A stretch of 64,000 nucleotides of DNA from Gemmatimonadales bacterium (GTDB lineage Bacteria; Gemmatimonadota; Gemmatimonadetes; Gemmatimonadales; GWC2-71-9): the NCBI GenBank assembly GCA_037189525.1, contig JBBCJC010000003.1:608001-672000 (forward strand), in the 5' to 3' direction. The notes below the pieces were generated by a model that searched no databases, was not told where the DNA came from, and saw only the letters and a program-made list of their open reading frames with translations. Positions within the stretch are counted from its first letter, which is position 1. Every line of letters starts with the position of its first letter. Position numbers and translations under genes: made by a program. Below are positions 48,268-57,860 of the stretch, one piece after another.

Positions 48268-49932
48268 TTGACCACCAAGCCCTCGAAATCTTCCGGCCAG
48301 GCCGAGTCGGCCAAACGATCCCGGTTGCGGGAACTGACGGCTGAGTACCAAACCCTCGCCGACAAGCTTCGGGCCGGTGGCGGCCCCGAACGCGTGGCCA
48401 AGATGCACGCGCAGGGGAAGCTGTCGCCGCGCGAACGGGTCACGGCTCTGCTGGATCCGGACAGTCCCTGGATGGAGACCGGACTCCTGGTGGCGTACGA
48501 TCGGTATGACGGCCAGGCGCCGGGCGCCGGCGTCATCACCGGGGTGGGTGTGGTCGAGGGTCGGGAAGTGGTCGTCGTGGCCAACGATGCCACCGTCAAA
48601 GCCGGCTCATGGTGGCCGGAGACGATTGGGAAGATCCTGCGAGCCCAGGAAATCGCGATGCGGCAGCGCATCCCGATCATCTATTTGGTCGACAGCGCGG
48701 GAGTCAACCTGCCGTATCAGGGCGGCGTCTTTCCGGGGCAGTACGGCGCGGCGCGGATTTTCTATTACAACTCGATCATGCGGCGCTATCTCCATGTGCC
48801 ACAGATTGCCGCGGTCATGGGGAGTTGCGTAGCCGGCGGTGCGTACCTGCCGGCGCTGTCCGATGTGATCTTCATGGTCGACGGGACCAGCTTCATGGGA
48901 CTGGGCGGCCCCAATCTGGTCAAAGGCGCCACCGGGCAGGTCGTCGACGGCGAGGTGCTGGGCGGGGCGCGAACCCACACGGAAATCAGCGCCGTGGCGC
49001 ACTACATGGCCGCGAATGATCCCGAATGCGTGACCAAGATCCGCGAGTACGTGGCCCGCTTGCCGCGCTTGCCCGGGGTGACTCATCGCCTCCTCGACGC
49101 GGAGCCGCCGGCTCGGCCGGTCGATGATCTCTACGATCTCCTGCCGCAGGATCACCGCATGTCGTACGACATGCGCCAGGTGCTGGATTGCGTCCTGGAT
49201 GGCGGGAAGCTCGACGAGTTCCAGCCGGCGGTTGGCGCGGAAATGATCTGCGGCCATGGCCGGATCGGCGGCTGGCCGGTGGCCGTGATTGCCAACCAGC
49301 GCGGCATCATCAAGGGCAAGGCCGGCGAGCGGCCTAAGTTCGGCGGGATCATCTATACCGAAAGTGCCGAGAAGGTCGCGTACTTCATCGAGACGGCCAG
49401 CCGGGAACGGATTCCCATCCTGTTCGTGCAGGACGTGAGCGGCTTCATGGTAGGCCCCGATGCGGAGCATTCGGGCATCATCCGCGCCGGGGCGCGTTTC
49501 GTTGAAGCCATGGCGACGGCGGTCGTTCCGCGCATCGTTCTGACGGTCAATCACGCCTCCGGCGCCGGCTACTACGCCATGGCAGGCCAGGGCTTCGATC
49601 CCGATTTCATCCTCTCGTGGCCGACCGGTCGGATGGGCGTGATGGAGGGAGAGGCTGCGATCATGGCCGTGCATGGTCCGGCCATCGAAAAAGCCAAGAA
49701 GGCGGGCACACCGCTGCCCGCCGAGGTCGATGCGGCGGTGACCCGGATGCGCGCGGATTACGATCGCGATCTCGATGCGCGCCATGCGGCCGCGCGGGGT
49801 CAGGTCGACGCCATCATTACGCCGGAGGAGACCCGTGACCTGCTCGCCTTCCTGGTCCGCACCTCGGCCAACTTTGCCGGACCCCACATCGGGCCTTTTG
49901 TCCTCCCGCCGCTCGATCATGCGGGTGTCTAG
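48268..49932 (+). CDS. Acyl-CoA carboxylase carboxyltransferase subunit (MCC-beta-like)
   Basis: GKLSPRERV, ANDATVKAG, VDSAGVNL, CVAGGAY, GFMVG, GAGYYAM. Confidence 0.92.
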   Translation: MTTKPSKSSGQAESAKRSRLRELTAEYQTLADKLRAGGGPERVAKMHAQGKLSPRERVTALLDPDSPWMETGLLVAYDRYDGQAPGAGVITGVGVVEGREVVVVANDATVKAGSWWPETIGKILRAQEIAMRQRIPIIYLVDSAGVNLPYQGGVFPGQYGAARIFYYNSIMRRYLHVPQIAAVMGSCVAGGAYLPALSDVIFMVDGTSFMGLGGPNLVKGATGQVVDGEVLGGARTHTEISAVAHYMAANDPECVTKIREYVARLPRLPGVTHRLLDAEPPARPVDDLYDLLPQDHRMSYDMRQVLDCVLDGGKLDEFQPAVGAEMICGHGRIGGWPVAVIANQRGIIKGKAGERPKFGGIIYTESAEKVAYFIETASRERIPILFVQDVSGFMVGPDAEHSGIIRAGARFVEAMATAVVPRIVLTVNHASGAGYYAMAGQGFDPDFILSWPTGRMGVMEGEAAIMAVHGPAIEKAKKAGTPLPAEVDAAVTRMRADYDRDLDARHAAARGQVDAIITPEETRDLLAFLVRTSANFAGPHIGPFVLPPLDHAGV

Positions 49933-52726
49933 GCTCTGGACCGGCGCCGCCGTCCTGGCGCTCGGCTGCGCTTCGGCGCCTGTCGAAGCGCCCCGCCCGA
50001 CGATGGACCCCGGGCGCGTTCCTCCGCCGCGAGTCGAGGTCGCTCCGCCTCCGCCACCTGCGCAGCCTGTCCTGGCGCCGGAAGAGGCGGCTCGGCGCGG
50101 GTTGATGCCGCTGGCCTCCACCAACGCCTGGGCGTATCGGCAGAGTCACCCGAGTTATGACGGGCGCGGCGTCCTGATTGGCATCCTGGACAGCGGCGTC
50201 GACGCCGCGGTGCCCGGCCTGCTGACGACATCGACCGGCGACCGGAAAATTCTCGATCTGCGCGACTTTTCCGCGGAGGGCAGGGTGGCGCTGACGGCGC
50301 CGTCGATCCGAGGCGATACCATCCTCGTCGGCAGTGTCCGCTTGCTGGGCATGCAACGGGTCGCCGGGATGGTGGCGCCGGCAACCGTGCTGGCCGGCGT
50401 ACTCCGCGAGCGGTCCCTGGGCGATCTGCCCGCCGGCGATCTCAACGCCAACGGCAACAACGGTGATACCCTGGCCGTGGTGGTCGGCAAGGCGCCCGAC
50501 GGCTGGGTGCTTTTTGCCGACACGGACGGAGACGGCTCGCTGGCGAATGAACGCCCCGTGCGAGACTTCCTGGCCGCGCGTGAAACGTTCGGCTGGACTA
50601 CCGGCGGTCGAGCCAGCCCGCTGGCGGTCGCCGTGAATTTCTCTGGGACCGATACGGCGCCGATTCTGGATCTTTTCTTCGACACCAGCGGGCACGGCAC
50701 CCACGTCGCGGGGATCGCGGCGGGCCATACCCTGTACGGCGTCGAGGGGTTCGATGGCGTTGCGCCAGGTGCGCAACTGCTCGGTCTCAAGATTGCGAAC
50801 AACGCGCACGGCGGCATTTCCGTAACCGGAGCGATGGTTCGGGCCATCGACTATGCCATCCGGTTTGCCCGCGAACGGCGTCTCCCCCTGGTGCTCAACA
50901 TGAGTTTCGGTGTGGGCAACGAGCGGGAGGGTGCTGCTCGCATCGACGCAATTGTCGATTCCGTCCTGGCGGCCAACCCGGAAGTGCTCTTCGCCACCAG
51001 CGCAGGTAACGATGGTCCCGGACTCTCCACCATGGGGTTCCCGGGGTCTGCCGATCGGGCTCTGTCCGTCGGTGCCACTATTCCGCCAGCCTTTACCGGC
51101 GCGGCGACGGGAGACGTGGTGGCGTTTTTCAGCTCGCGAGGTGGCGAGGTTGCCAAGCCCGACATCCTCGCGCCGGGTATCGCGTTTTCCACCGTTCCGC
51201 GCTGGGACACCGGTTCGGAAGACAAGAGCGGCACCAGTATGGCGTCGCCGCACGTTGCCGGCGCACTGGCACTGCTGCTGTCCGGGGTGGTCCAGGAACA
51301 GCGCACCTGGACCGCTGCGCAGATCAAGCAGGCCGTCCGCGCCACCGGGCGGCCGATGGCGGGTGCCACGCGGCCGGACCAGGGGGCGGGGCTGCTCGAC
51401 GTCGTGGCGGCAGATCAGGTGCTGCGCAAGCTTCCCGCCATGGCTGCGGTGCGCACCGTGGTGGGCGGCATTCCCGGCGGAGGGGTGTTGCGATTCGTCG
51501 AGCCCGGCCGGACGCGGGATACCACCATCGGGGTCGAGATTCGCGGGACGCTCGGTGGACGGGTTCGACTCGTGAGTGATGCGGCCTGGCTGGTGGCGCC
51601 GCCGACGGTCCAGCTGACACCGCCAACGACGCGCTTCGATGTCGCCGTGCGCACCTCGTCGATTCGCGGTGCCGGCGTGATGAACGGCGTCATCACGGGG
51701 TGGGCGACGGATTCGACCATTGGCCCGCTCTTCACCGTGCCGGCCACGCTCGCTTCACCGTTCGTGATTCCGGATACCGGGCTCTTGGTCCGCACTTCGG
51801 TGGCCGCCGGCGCAGCGCAGCGGATCATGGTGCCCGCCGATTCCGGTCGCCCGTTCCGGGTGGATGTCACCACGGCCGCGGCGGGACAGGAAGTGCTGGC
51901 ATTCCTGCACGAGCCGGGCGGGCAGCCGTTTCGGACCGACAATGGACGCCGCGGCGGACCGAGCCCGCAGGCCGCCAGCTACGAACTGGATGGGCGCGAG
52001 GTGGCGACCGGCATTTATGAAGTGATTGCCGTTGCACCTCCCGCCGCAGGGGCTACCGTCGAGATGCGGGTGGTGCGGGCGCCGCTGGCGCTCGGCGCTG
52101 TCCGCCTCCGCGGCGATAGCATCGCGGCCAGCTTGACCAATCCGACCGCGGCCACGGTAACCGGCACGGCCATGTTTGGTCTGGTAGGTGCGGAGCGTGG
52201 GGTGGTCTTCAGCCAGCGCGGGTCGGCCGTCCGCCGCATTCCGGTTCGGATCCCGAGTTGGGCGCGGCGCATGGTGGTGCAGATGCGGATGCCCCGGGAA
52301 CAGTGGCCCGCCTTTACCGATCTCGGTCTCAGTGTGGTCGACCGGGACGGTAGCATCCTGGGCCACGACCCCATGAACTATGCGTTGGGACAGGTCAGCA
52401 TCGAGTTGGACGGCACCGCCGGCGATCGTGATGTCGAGGTCGTGTTGTTGCCCGGTCTGGCGGACCCGGTAGCCGAACCTACCTGGAACGCGGCGATCTC
52501 GATTCGGTTCTATGCCGAGTCGCCCGTGCTGGTCGAGATTCCGGCCGGAGCGGAATTCGGAGTCGAACCCGGTGCCACGAGCTCGATCCGCTTCCCGCTC
52601 GGCACGATTCCGTGGCCGTTGGGCGACGGTTTCTTCCCGCTGGCGCAGCTGGTCGTCGATGTCCGCGGCGAGTTGTGGGGCAACGAGGTGCGTCTGCCCG
52701 TGCCGACCGGGCCGATCATGCCATGA
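49919..52726 (+). CDS. S8 subtilase, tripeptidyl-peptidase-II-like lipoprotein
   Basis: Lipobox LALGC; YDGRGVLIGILDSGVD, HGTHVAGIAAG, SAGNDGP, SGTSMASPH; long insert between catalytic Asp and His. Confidence 0.9.
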   Translation: MRVSRLWTGAAVLALGCASAPVEAPRPTMDPGRVPPPRVEVAPPPPPAQPVLAPEEAARRGLMPLASTNAWAYRQSHPSYDGRGVLIGILDSGVDAAVPGLLTTSTGDRKILDLRDFSAEGRVALTAPSIRGDTILVGSVRLLGMQRVAGMVAPATVLAGVLRERSLGDLPAGDLNANGNNGDTLAVVVGKAPDGWVLFADTDGDGSLANERPVRDFLAARETFGWTTGGRASPLAVAVNFSGTDTAPILDLFFDTSGHGTHVAGIAAGHTLYGVEGFDGVAPGAQLLGLKIANNAHGGISVTGAMVRAIDYAIRFARERRLPLVLNMSFGVGNEREGAARIDAIVDSVLAANPEVLFATSAGNDGPGLSTMGFPGSADRALSVGATIPPAFTGAATGDVVAFFSSRGGEVAKPDILAPGIAFSTVPRWDTGSEDKSGTSMASPHVAGALALLLSGVVQEQRTWTAAQIKQAVRATGRPMAGATRPDQGAGLLDVVAADQVLRKLPAMAAVRTVVGGIPGGGVLRFVEPGRTRDTTIGVEIRGTLGGRVRLVSDAAWLVAPPTVQLTPPTTRFDVAVRTSSIRGAGVMNGVITGWATDSTIGPLFTVPATLASPFVIPDTGLLVRTSVAAGAAQRIMVPADSGRPFRVDVTTAAAGQEVLAFLHEPGGQPFRTDNGRRGGPSPQAASYELDGREVATGIYEVIAVAPPAAGATVEMRVVRAPLALGAVRLRGDSIAASLTNPTAATVTGTAMFGLVGAERGVVFSQRGSAVRRIPVRIPSWARRMVVQMRMPREQWPAFTDLGLSVVDRDGSILGHDPMNYALGQVSIELDGTAGDRDVEVVLLPGLADPVAEPTWNAAISIRFYAESPVLVEIPAGAEFGVEPGATSSIRFPLGTIPWPLGDGFFPLAQLVVDVRGELWGNEVRLPVPTGPIMP

Positions 52727-52893
52727 CGATTCAGAAGTTCCGGATCGGTCTCGCGCTGGCCGGCTTTGCGCTGGCGGCGCTGGGGGTCGCGCTGGGCAAT
52801 CGCATCATTATCTGGATCGCGATGGCGGTACTGATCGTTTCCCTCCTGATCCGCATCTACCTGAGGGGTGAACCGCCGAATCGGCGCCCATGA
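52723..52893 (+). CDS. Small two-TM hypothetical protein (56 aa)
   Basis: ATG overlaps the S8 stop (ATGA); two hydrophobic stretches. Confidence 0.6.
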   Translation: MTIQKFRIGLALAGFALAALGVALGNRIIIWIAMAVLIVSLLIRIYLRGEPPNRRP

Positions 52894-53298
52894 ACCGGCG
52901 CTCCGCTGGCTGACGCTGCATCGGTGGAGCGCCCGGACGCGTAGGCGGCGCCTGTTCTCATATAGCGATCGGCTGCTCGTTCACCCATGGTTTCGGCAGC
53001 GACAATGCCCCACTCACTCGATCATAGAACGTACGTTTGTCGATGATGCGATCGGTATCGCATGACGACGGATGCACCGACTGCATACACCTTCCGCGTT
53101 CTATCTCGAACCATGCTTCGTGATTCCAGACCTCGAAACCCAGCTCCGATCCGACCTGTAGGGGGATGAACCTCCATCCGAGCTTGAACCGTCTCTAGCT
53201 GCGGACAGCCTCCTGAGCCATCAGGTCGATTGTCACGGAACGTGATTTGTGACGGGGCTTCGTGTGACTATCTCGCGGTACCCAGAGTCGTAACACAT

Positions 53299-54165
53299 GT
53301 GAAGGCTCGACCAATCATATGCGAGGCCTGCGGAGCGCCAGTACGTACCGTTCTGCTTGGCACCGAGCGTCTCGAGCGGTGTCCGAGCTGCTCGCATCTG
53401 CAGCGCCCTGAGCCGGCGGCGGCCGCGTCGATCCGGACTCATGCCTGGGGCGGCGATGCCGGGCTCGACGTCGTGCGTCTCGCGCTCTGCTGGTTCCGGA
53501 TGCGGGCGGGGCTCGCGTTGCCGGAGCGGGCCCGCGTGCTCGAAATCGGCTTCGGTGCCGGCGCCCTGCTCGCGCGGTTCCGGCGTGCCGGGTACGAGGT
53601 CGCCGGGATCGAGCCCGGCTGGCTGGGTTGTGAGCTCCATCCCGAGCTCACCGGCATAACCGAGCTGCGCTCGGGACGCGCTGAAGACCTCCTCGACGCC
53701 GCCGCCGCGTTCGATGCGATCTATGGCATCCACGTCATCGAGCACGTCGCCATGCCCGCCGAAGTGTTCCGCCGGTCACTACGTGCCTTGCGGCCTGGTG
53801 GACGGCTCTATTTGCTGACACCCGATGCGGAATCGCAGAGCCTCGCGTGGGCGGGGTGTCACTGGTGGAACCTCGAGGACCCGACGCACATCCGTTTCTT
53901 CTCGGCCAGCTCGATCACGCGCATGCTCGAAGCGGCCGGTTTCCGTGACGTCCGGGTACGCCGTCCTTGGCTCGACAGCGTGATCGTCGAGCCTGCAAGC
54001 CTGGCGCGCGCCATCCTGGCCCGACACCGCACCACCCATGGCATTCTTGGCCACCCGGTGGGCCGCTTGCTCACGGCCTCGTTCCTGCCGGCCACCGTGC
54101 TGGCCCGGCTCGTCCTTCCGCGTTTGCGCCCGACCCTCGAGGTCGTGGCCGAGCGTCCTCGCTGA
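53299..54165 (+). CDS. Class I SAM-dependent methyltransferase with N-terminal Zn ribbon
   Basis: CEACG..CPSC, VLEIGFGAG, HVIEH, LRPGG..TPD, PTHIRFFS; start uncertain. Confidence 0.85.
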   Translation: MKARPIICEACGAPVRTVLLGTERLERCPSCSHLQRPEPAAAASIRTHAWGGDAGLDVVRLALCWFRMRAGLALPERARVLEIGFGAGALLARFRRAGYEVAGIEPGWLGCELHPELTGITELRSGRAEDLLDAAAAFDAIYGIHVIEHVAMPAEVFRRSLRALRPGGRLYLLTPDAESQSLAWAGCHWWNLEDPTHIRFFSASSITRMLEAAGFRDVRVRRPWLDSVIVEPASLARAILARHRTTHGILGHPVGRLLTASFLPATVLARLVLPRLRPTLEVVAERPR

Positions 54166-54284
54166 AGGCCGATGAACATCCCTCGTGCCGCTCCCGAGCT
54201 GGCTCTCGGGAGGCGGCGGTCGACCGGACCTTATTGCGTTCGTTGGGTTACCGCGGACACGTCCGGACGTTCTATGCTGTTGTC

Positions 54285-55667
54285 ATGTCCGCGTCGACAC
54301 TCCATGAAGTGCGCCCAACCCTCGATGCCGCTCGTGCCGTGCTGGAACGGCACTTCGGGTACTCGCAGTTCCGGGCGCCGCAAGAACGGGTCATCCGCTC
54401 GGTGCTCTCCGGTGCCGACACCCTCGGCATCCTGCCGACTGGGGCGGGGAAGTCCGTCTGCTTCCAGGTCCCGGCCATGGTGCTGGGCGGCGTTACCTTG
54501 GTGATCTCGCCCCTGCTCGCGCTGATGCAGGACCAGGTCGACGCCGCGCGGCAGCGTGGGTTACCGGCCCGGTCGCTCAACAGCCTGCAGACGAAGAGTG
54601 AACAGGATGCAACGCGGCGCGAGCTCGCGAACGGGAGCTTGCGCCTCCTCTACGTGGCCCCCGAGCGCGGCAAACGGCTTTTGGAAGAGCTGGCGCAAGC
54701 CGGGCAACATGTTTCGCTCCTCGCCGTCGATGAAGCCCATTGCATCGCCGAGTGGGGGCCCGACTTCCGACCCGCATATCTCGGTCTTGGTAAGCTGCGC
54801 ATCGCACTTGGCAGTCCCCAAGTCGTAGCGCTCACGGGAAGCGCCACGCCCGAGGTCCGTGTCACGATCAGCCGGCTCCTCGGCCTGGGCAGCCGACACG
54901 GTGGCGCCTACGACCGCCACGTGGCTTCGTTCGATCGCCGCAATCTCTGGTTCGGGGTCATGCCGGTGGGCGATCAGCGCGACCGTCTCCGCAGGCTGCT
55001 CGAGCTCATCGCCGGGGCGGGAGGGTCCGCCATCGTCTACGGTCCCACGCGGAATACGGTCGAAGCGCTCGCCCGCGTGCTGCGTGAGCGCGGCTGGCGG
55101 GCGCGAGCCTATCACGCCGGCCTCACCAAGGAACGTCGGGCCGAGGTGCTCGATGCTTTTCTAACGGATACCGTGGACGTCGTTGCTGCGACCTGCGCCT
55201 TCGGGATGGGCATCGATAAGCCCACAGTTCGGCTCGTGGTGCACTGGACCATGCCGCCTACACCGGAGTCGTACTATCAGGAGGCGGGCCGGGCCGGACG
55301 CGACGGCAATCCCGCTCGCTGCATCCTCCTTCACGGCCGGGGTGATGCCGAGCTGCCGACTCGCGCGCTCGAGGTGACCTTTCCGCCGCGCAAGCTGATC
55401 GAGGCAGCCAGTACCCACCCCGCCCGCCTCGCCCGGCTGCCGCGCAACGTCGCGGCATCGATCGAGCGCCTCCAGCGCGAGCTGGCCGGCCGGGACCTCG
55501 CAACCCAGTGGCGCCGTATCGACGGCCGGCGCCGGGCCGCGCTTGCCCGGATCGCAGCCGTCGAAGCCTACGCCCGCCAGCAGCGATGCCGCCGGGCGGC
55601 GCTGCTCGATTATTTCGGTGAGCGGCTCGTCCGTTGCTCCGGATGTGACGTCTGCGCTACCCGATGA
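54285..55667 (+). CDS. recQ: RecQ-family helicase, short form
   Basis: PTGAGKS.CFQ, YVAPER, VDEAHC..WG.DFRP, AFGMGIDK, QEAGRAGRDG, CRR..YFGE..CSGCDVC. Confidence 0.93.
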   Translation: MSASTLHEVRPTLDAARAVLERHFGYSQFRAPQERVIRSVLSGADTLGILPTGAGKSVCFQVPAMVLGGVTLVISPLLALMQDQVDAARQRGLPARSLNSLQTKSEQDATRRELANGSLRLLYVAPERGKRLLEELAQAGQHVSLLAVDEAHCIAEWGPDFRPAYLGLGKLRIALGSPQVVALTGSATPEVRVTISRLLGLGSRHGGAYDRHVASFDRRNLWFGVMPVGDQRDRLRRLLELIAGAGGSAIVYGPTRNTVEALARVLRERGWRARAYHAGLTKERRAEVLDAFLTDTVDVVAATCAFGMGIDKPTVRLVVHWTMPPTPESYYQEAGRAGRDGNPARCILLHGRGDAELPTRALEVTFPPRKLIEAASTHPARLARLPRNVAASIERLQRELAGRDLATQWRRIDGRRRAALARIAAVEAYARQQRCRRAALLDYFGERLVRCSGCDVCATR

Positions 55668-55694
55668 TAGCGTGCCACCGGATCCGGTCGGTCT

Positions 55695-55908
55695 TCAGCT
55701 CGTCGTCGCGAGCAGTCGCTTCGCCAGCCAGTCGGCCGGCAGCCCGAGTGTCTCTTTCTCGACGGCGAACGACGGTAGCTGCGTATGTGGGCCCGGGAAA
55801 CCGTCCCGATCGTACACGAAGAGACGGCTCAGGTTGTCGTTCTTGATCCCGTTTGAAGCTGGAAGGTGAGGATCGACCGCGGTCGTCCATGCGCAGCACG
55901 GCGGTGCC
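55695..55908 (-). pseudogene. Remnant of an alpha/beta hydrolase gene
   Basis: GTAVLRMDDRG in one frame, then in another frame NLSRLFVYDRDGFPG..LGLPADWLAKRL..*; middle of the fold missing. Confidence 0.55.
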
Positions 55909-55917
55909 GCGCCAGCG

Positions 55918-56400
55918 TCACGGCTCCACCCGCCGGGCGAACGTGGTGTCGGGCGGCCCGGCGACCCCGAACTGTATCGGGACGCCGGTGCGCGGCACGA
56001 TCTCGACCCGCGCCGCCTGCACCACGTCGGTCATCCGGAGCGCAGGCCCCCTCGCATCGGATGCGTTGAGGGTAGCGACCGGCTCGCCACGGCCGTTTAC
56101 TAGGAGCAGTCCCGGGACACCGCCGGGTGCGATCCCCACGTCGAGCCGCATCTGCCCGGTCGAGTCGTACATCGTGAGCGCCACGCCGTCGTTGGTCAGG
56201 CCGAACATTCCGCGGGTGCGGCCCTGCTCATCCTTGGCAATCCAGAGCCGGCCCTCGACGATCGGATCGGTCCGGCGGAGCAGGGTATAGCCGAGTGCCA
56301 CGGCGGCTGTGACGAACGAGAGCAGCGTAATGATGCGGAGCCGGACGAGCCGCTGCTCCATTGCCCTGAGACGGGCGTCCAATGCTTCGGAATCGGCCAC
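55918..56400 (-). CDS. Hypothetical membrane-anchored protein
   Basis: Short coiled coil, TM helix, then repeated beta-hairpins (D.QG.TR, DSTGQMR, NGRGEP). Confidence 0.7.
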   Translation of the reverse strand: MADSEALDARLRAMEQRLVRLRIITLLSFVTAAVALGYTLLRRTDPIVEGRLWIAKDEQGRTRGMFGLTNDGVALTMYDSTGQMRLDVGIAPGGVPGLLLVNGRGEPVATLNASDARGPALRMTDVVQAARVEIVPRTGVPIQFGVAGPPDTTFARRVEP

Positions 56401-56566
56401 GACAGCGCTCCGGGTACGGGTTTCCCGAAGCTAACGAGCCCCTGGAGCAAATCCGAGTCTGCCGGCGCTCCAGGTCACCGACGTAGCTATATTTAATCCG
56501 CGCCTCATTTGGCCATTTGGCCAAGAGATGGCAGGCACTGCTTCCGACCCTCATTCGCCCGGACCC

Positions 56567-57787
56567 ATGGACGACTCTCTCTACTTCTCCGAACAGCACC
56601 AGCAGGTTCGCGAAATGGTGCGCGAATTTGCGCAGACGCACGTCGCGCCAGTGGCGCGGGAGCTCGACCGGACCTCGACCTTCCCCTGGGAAAACATCAA
56701 GCGGATGGGCGAACTCGGCATGCTCGGCGTACCGTGGTCGGACGAGCTGGGCGGGGCAGGGCTCGATCAGATTGCCTACTATATCACCATTCATGAAATG
56801 GCCAAGGTCGATGCCTCGCACGGCCTGACCATCAGCGCCCATACCAACCTCGGCACCTCGCCCATCGTCGAATTCGGGACCCAGGAGCAGCGTGAGCGCT
56901 ACGTCCCGCTGCTGGCCTCGGGCACGGTGTTGGGCGGCTTTGGTCTGACCGAGCCGGGTGCCGGAAGCGATGCCGGCGGCACCGCCACCACGGCGGAAGA
57001 CAAGGGCGACCACTTCCTCTTGAACGGTGCCAAGATCTTCATCACCCACGCCGGCGTCGGTGAAATCTTCTCCGTCACGGCGCGGACCGATCCGGGGCAG
57101 GGCCATCGCGGTATCACCAGCTTCATCGTCACCAAGGACACCGTCGATCTCGAGCAGTGTCGCGCGCTCGGCGTGGGACATGCGCCGGATTTGCCGAAGA
57201 TCGAAGGCGTCCGGGCCGGTAAGAAGGAAGACAAGATGGGATGGCGCGCGAGCGACACGCGCGAGTTGCACTTCGACAACGCCGTGATCCCCAAAGAGAA
57301 TATGTTGGGCGAACGGGGCAACGGATTCGTCAACTTCCTGAAGACACTCGACGCAGGACGGATCGGTATCGCCGCGCTGTCACTCGGCATTGCCGAAGGC
57401 GCCTATCAGGCCGCGCTCGAATACGCCGGTACGCGCAAGCAGTTCGGACGCTACATCGGAAGCTTCCAGGGGATCAGCTTCAAGCTGGCCGATATGGCCA
57501 TGGAAATCGAAGCCGGCACCCATTTGCTCTATACCGCCGCACGCCTCAAGCAGGCCGGCAAGCCGTTCAAGAAGGAAGCGGCGATGGCCAAGCTGTTCTG
57601 CTCCGAACTGGCCATGCGCGCCACCACCGAGGCCGTGCAGATCTTCGGCGGGTACGGCTACACCACGGAGTACCCGGTCGAACGGATGATGCGGGACGCC
57701 AAGGTCTGCGAGATCGGCGAAGGTACCAGCGAGATCCAGCGCCTCGTGATTGCCCGTCACATTCTTGGAAAAGTCGTAGACGGCTGA
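56567..57787 (+). CDS. Short/branched-chain acyl-CoA dehydrogenase
   Basis: FGLTEPGAGSD, LNGAKIFIT, KMGWRAS, RKQFG, QIFGGYGY, IGEGTSEIQR. Confidence 0.93.
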   Translation: MDDSLYFSEQHQQVREMVREFAQTHVAPVARELDRTSTFPWENIKRMGELGMLGVPWSDELGGAGLDQIAYYITIHEMAKVDASHGLTISAHTNLGTSPIVEFGTQEQRERYVPLLASGTVLGGFGLTEPGAGSDAGGTATTAEDKGDHFLLNGAKIFITHAGVGEIFSVTARTDPGQGHRGITSFIVTKDTVDLEQCRALGVGHAPDLPKIEGVRAGKKEDKMGWRASDTRELHFDNAVIPKENMLGERGNGFVNFLKTLDAGRIGIAALSLGIAEGAYQAALEYAGTRKQFGRYIGSFQGISFKLADMAMEIEAGTHLLYTAARLKQAGKPFKKEAAMAKLFCSELAMRATTEAVQIFGGYGYTTEYPVERMMRDAKVCEIGEGTSEIQRLVIARHILGKVVDG

Positions 57788-57818
57788 TCGCTTCAACCTG
57801 AAACGTCAGGCTATGAAA

Positions 57819-57860
57819 GACGCCCCCCGGCTCGCACGTAAACCGGGGGGCGTCATATAT
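57819..57860 (+). terminator. Intrinsic terminator-like hairpin
   Basis: GACGCCCCCCGG...CCGGGGGGCGTC followed by an AT-rich tail. Confidence 0.7.

Noticed and set aside
54225..54284. SOS box upstream of recQ
   Set aside because: GTTC half-sites are present but not at N7 spacing
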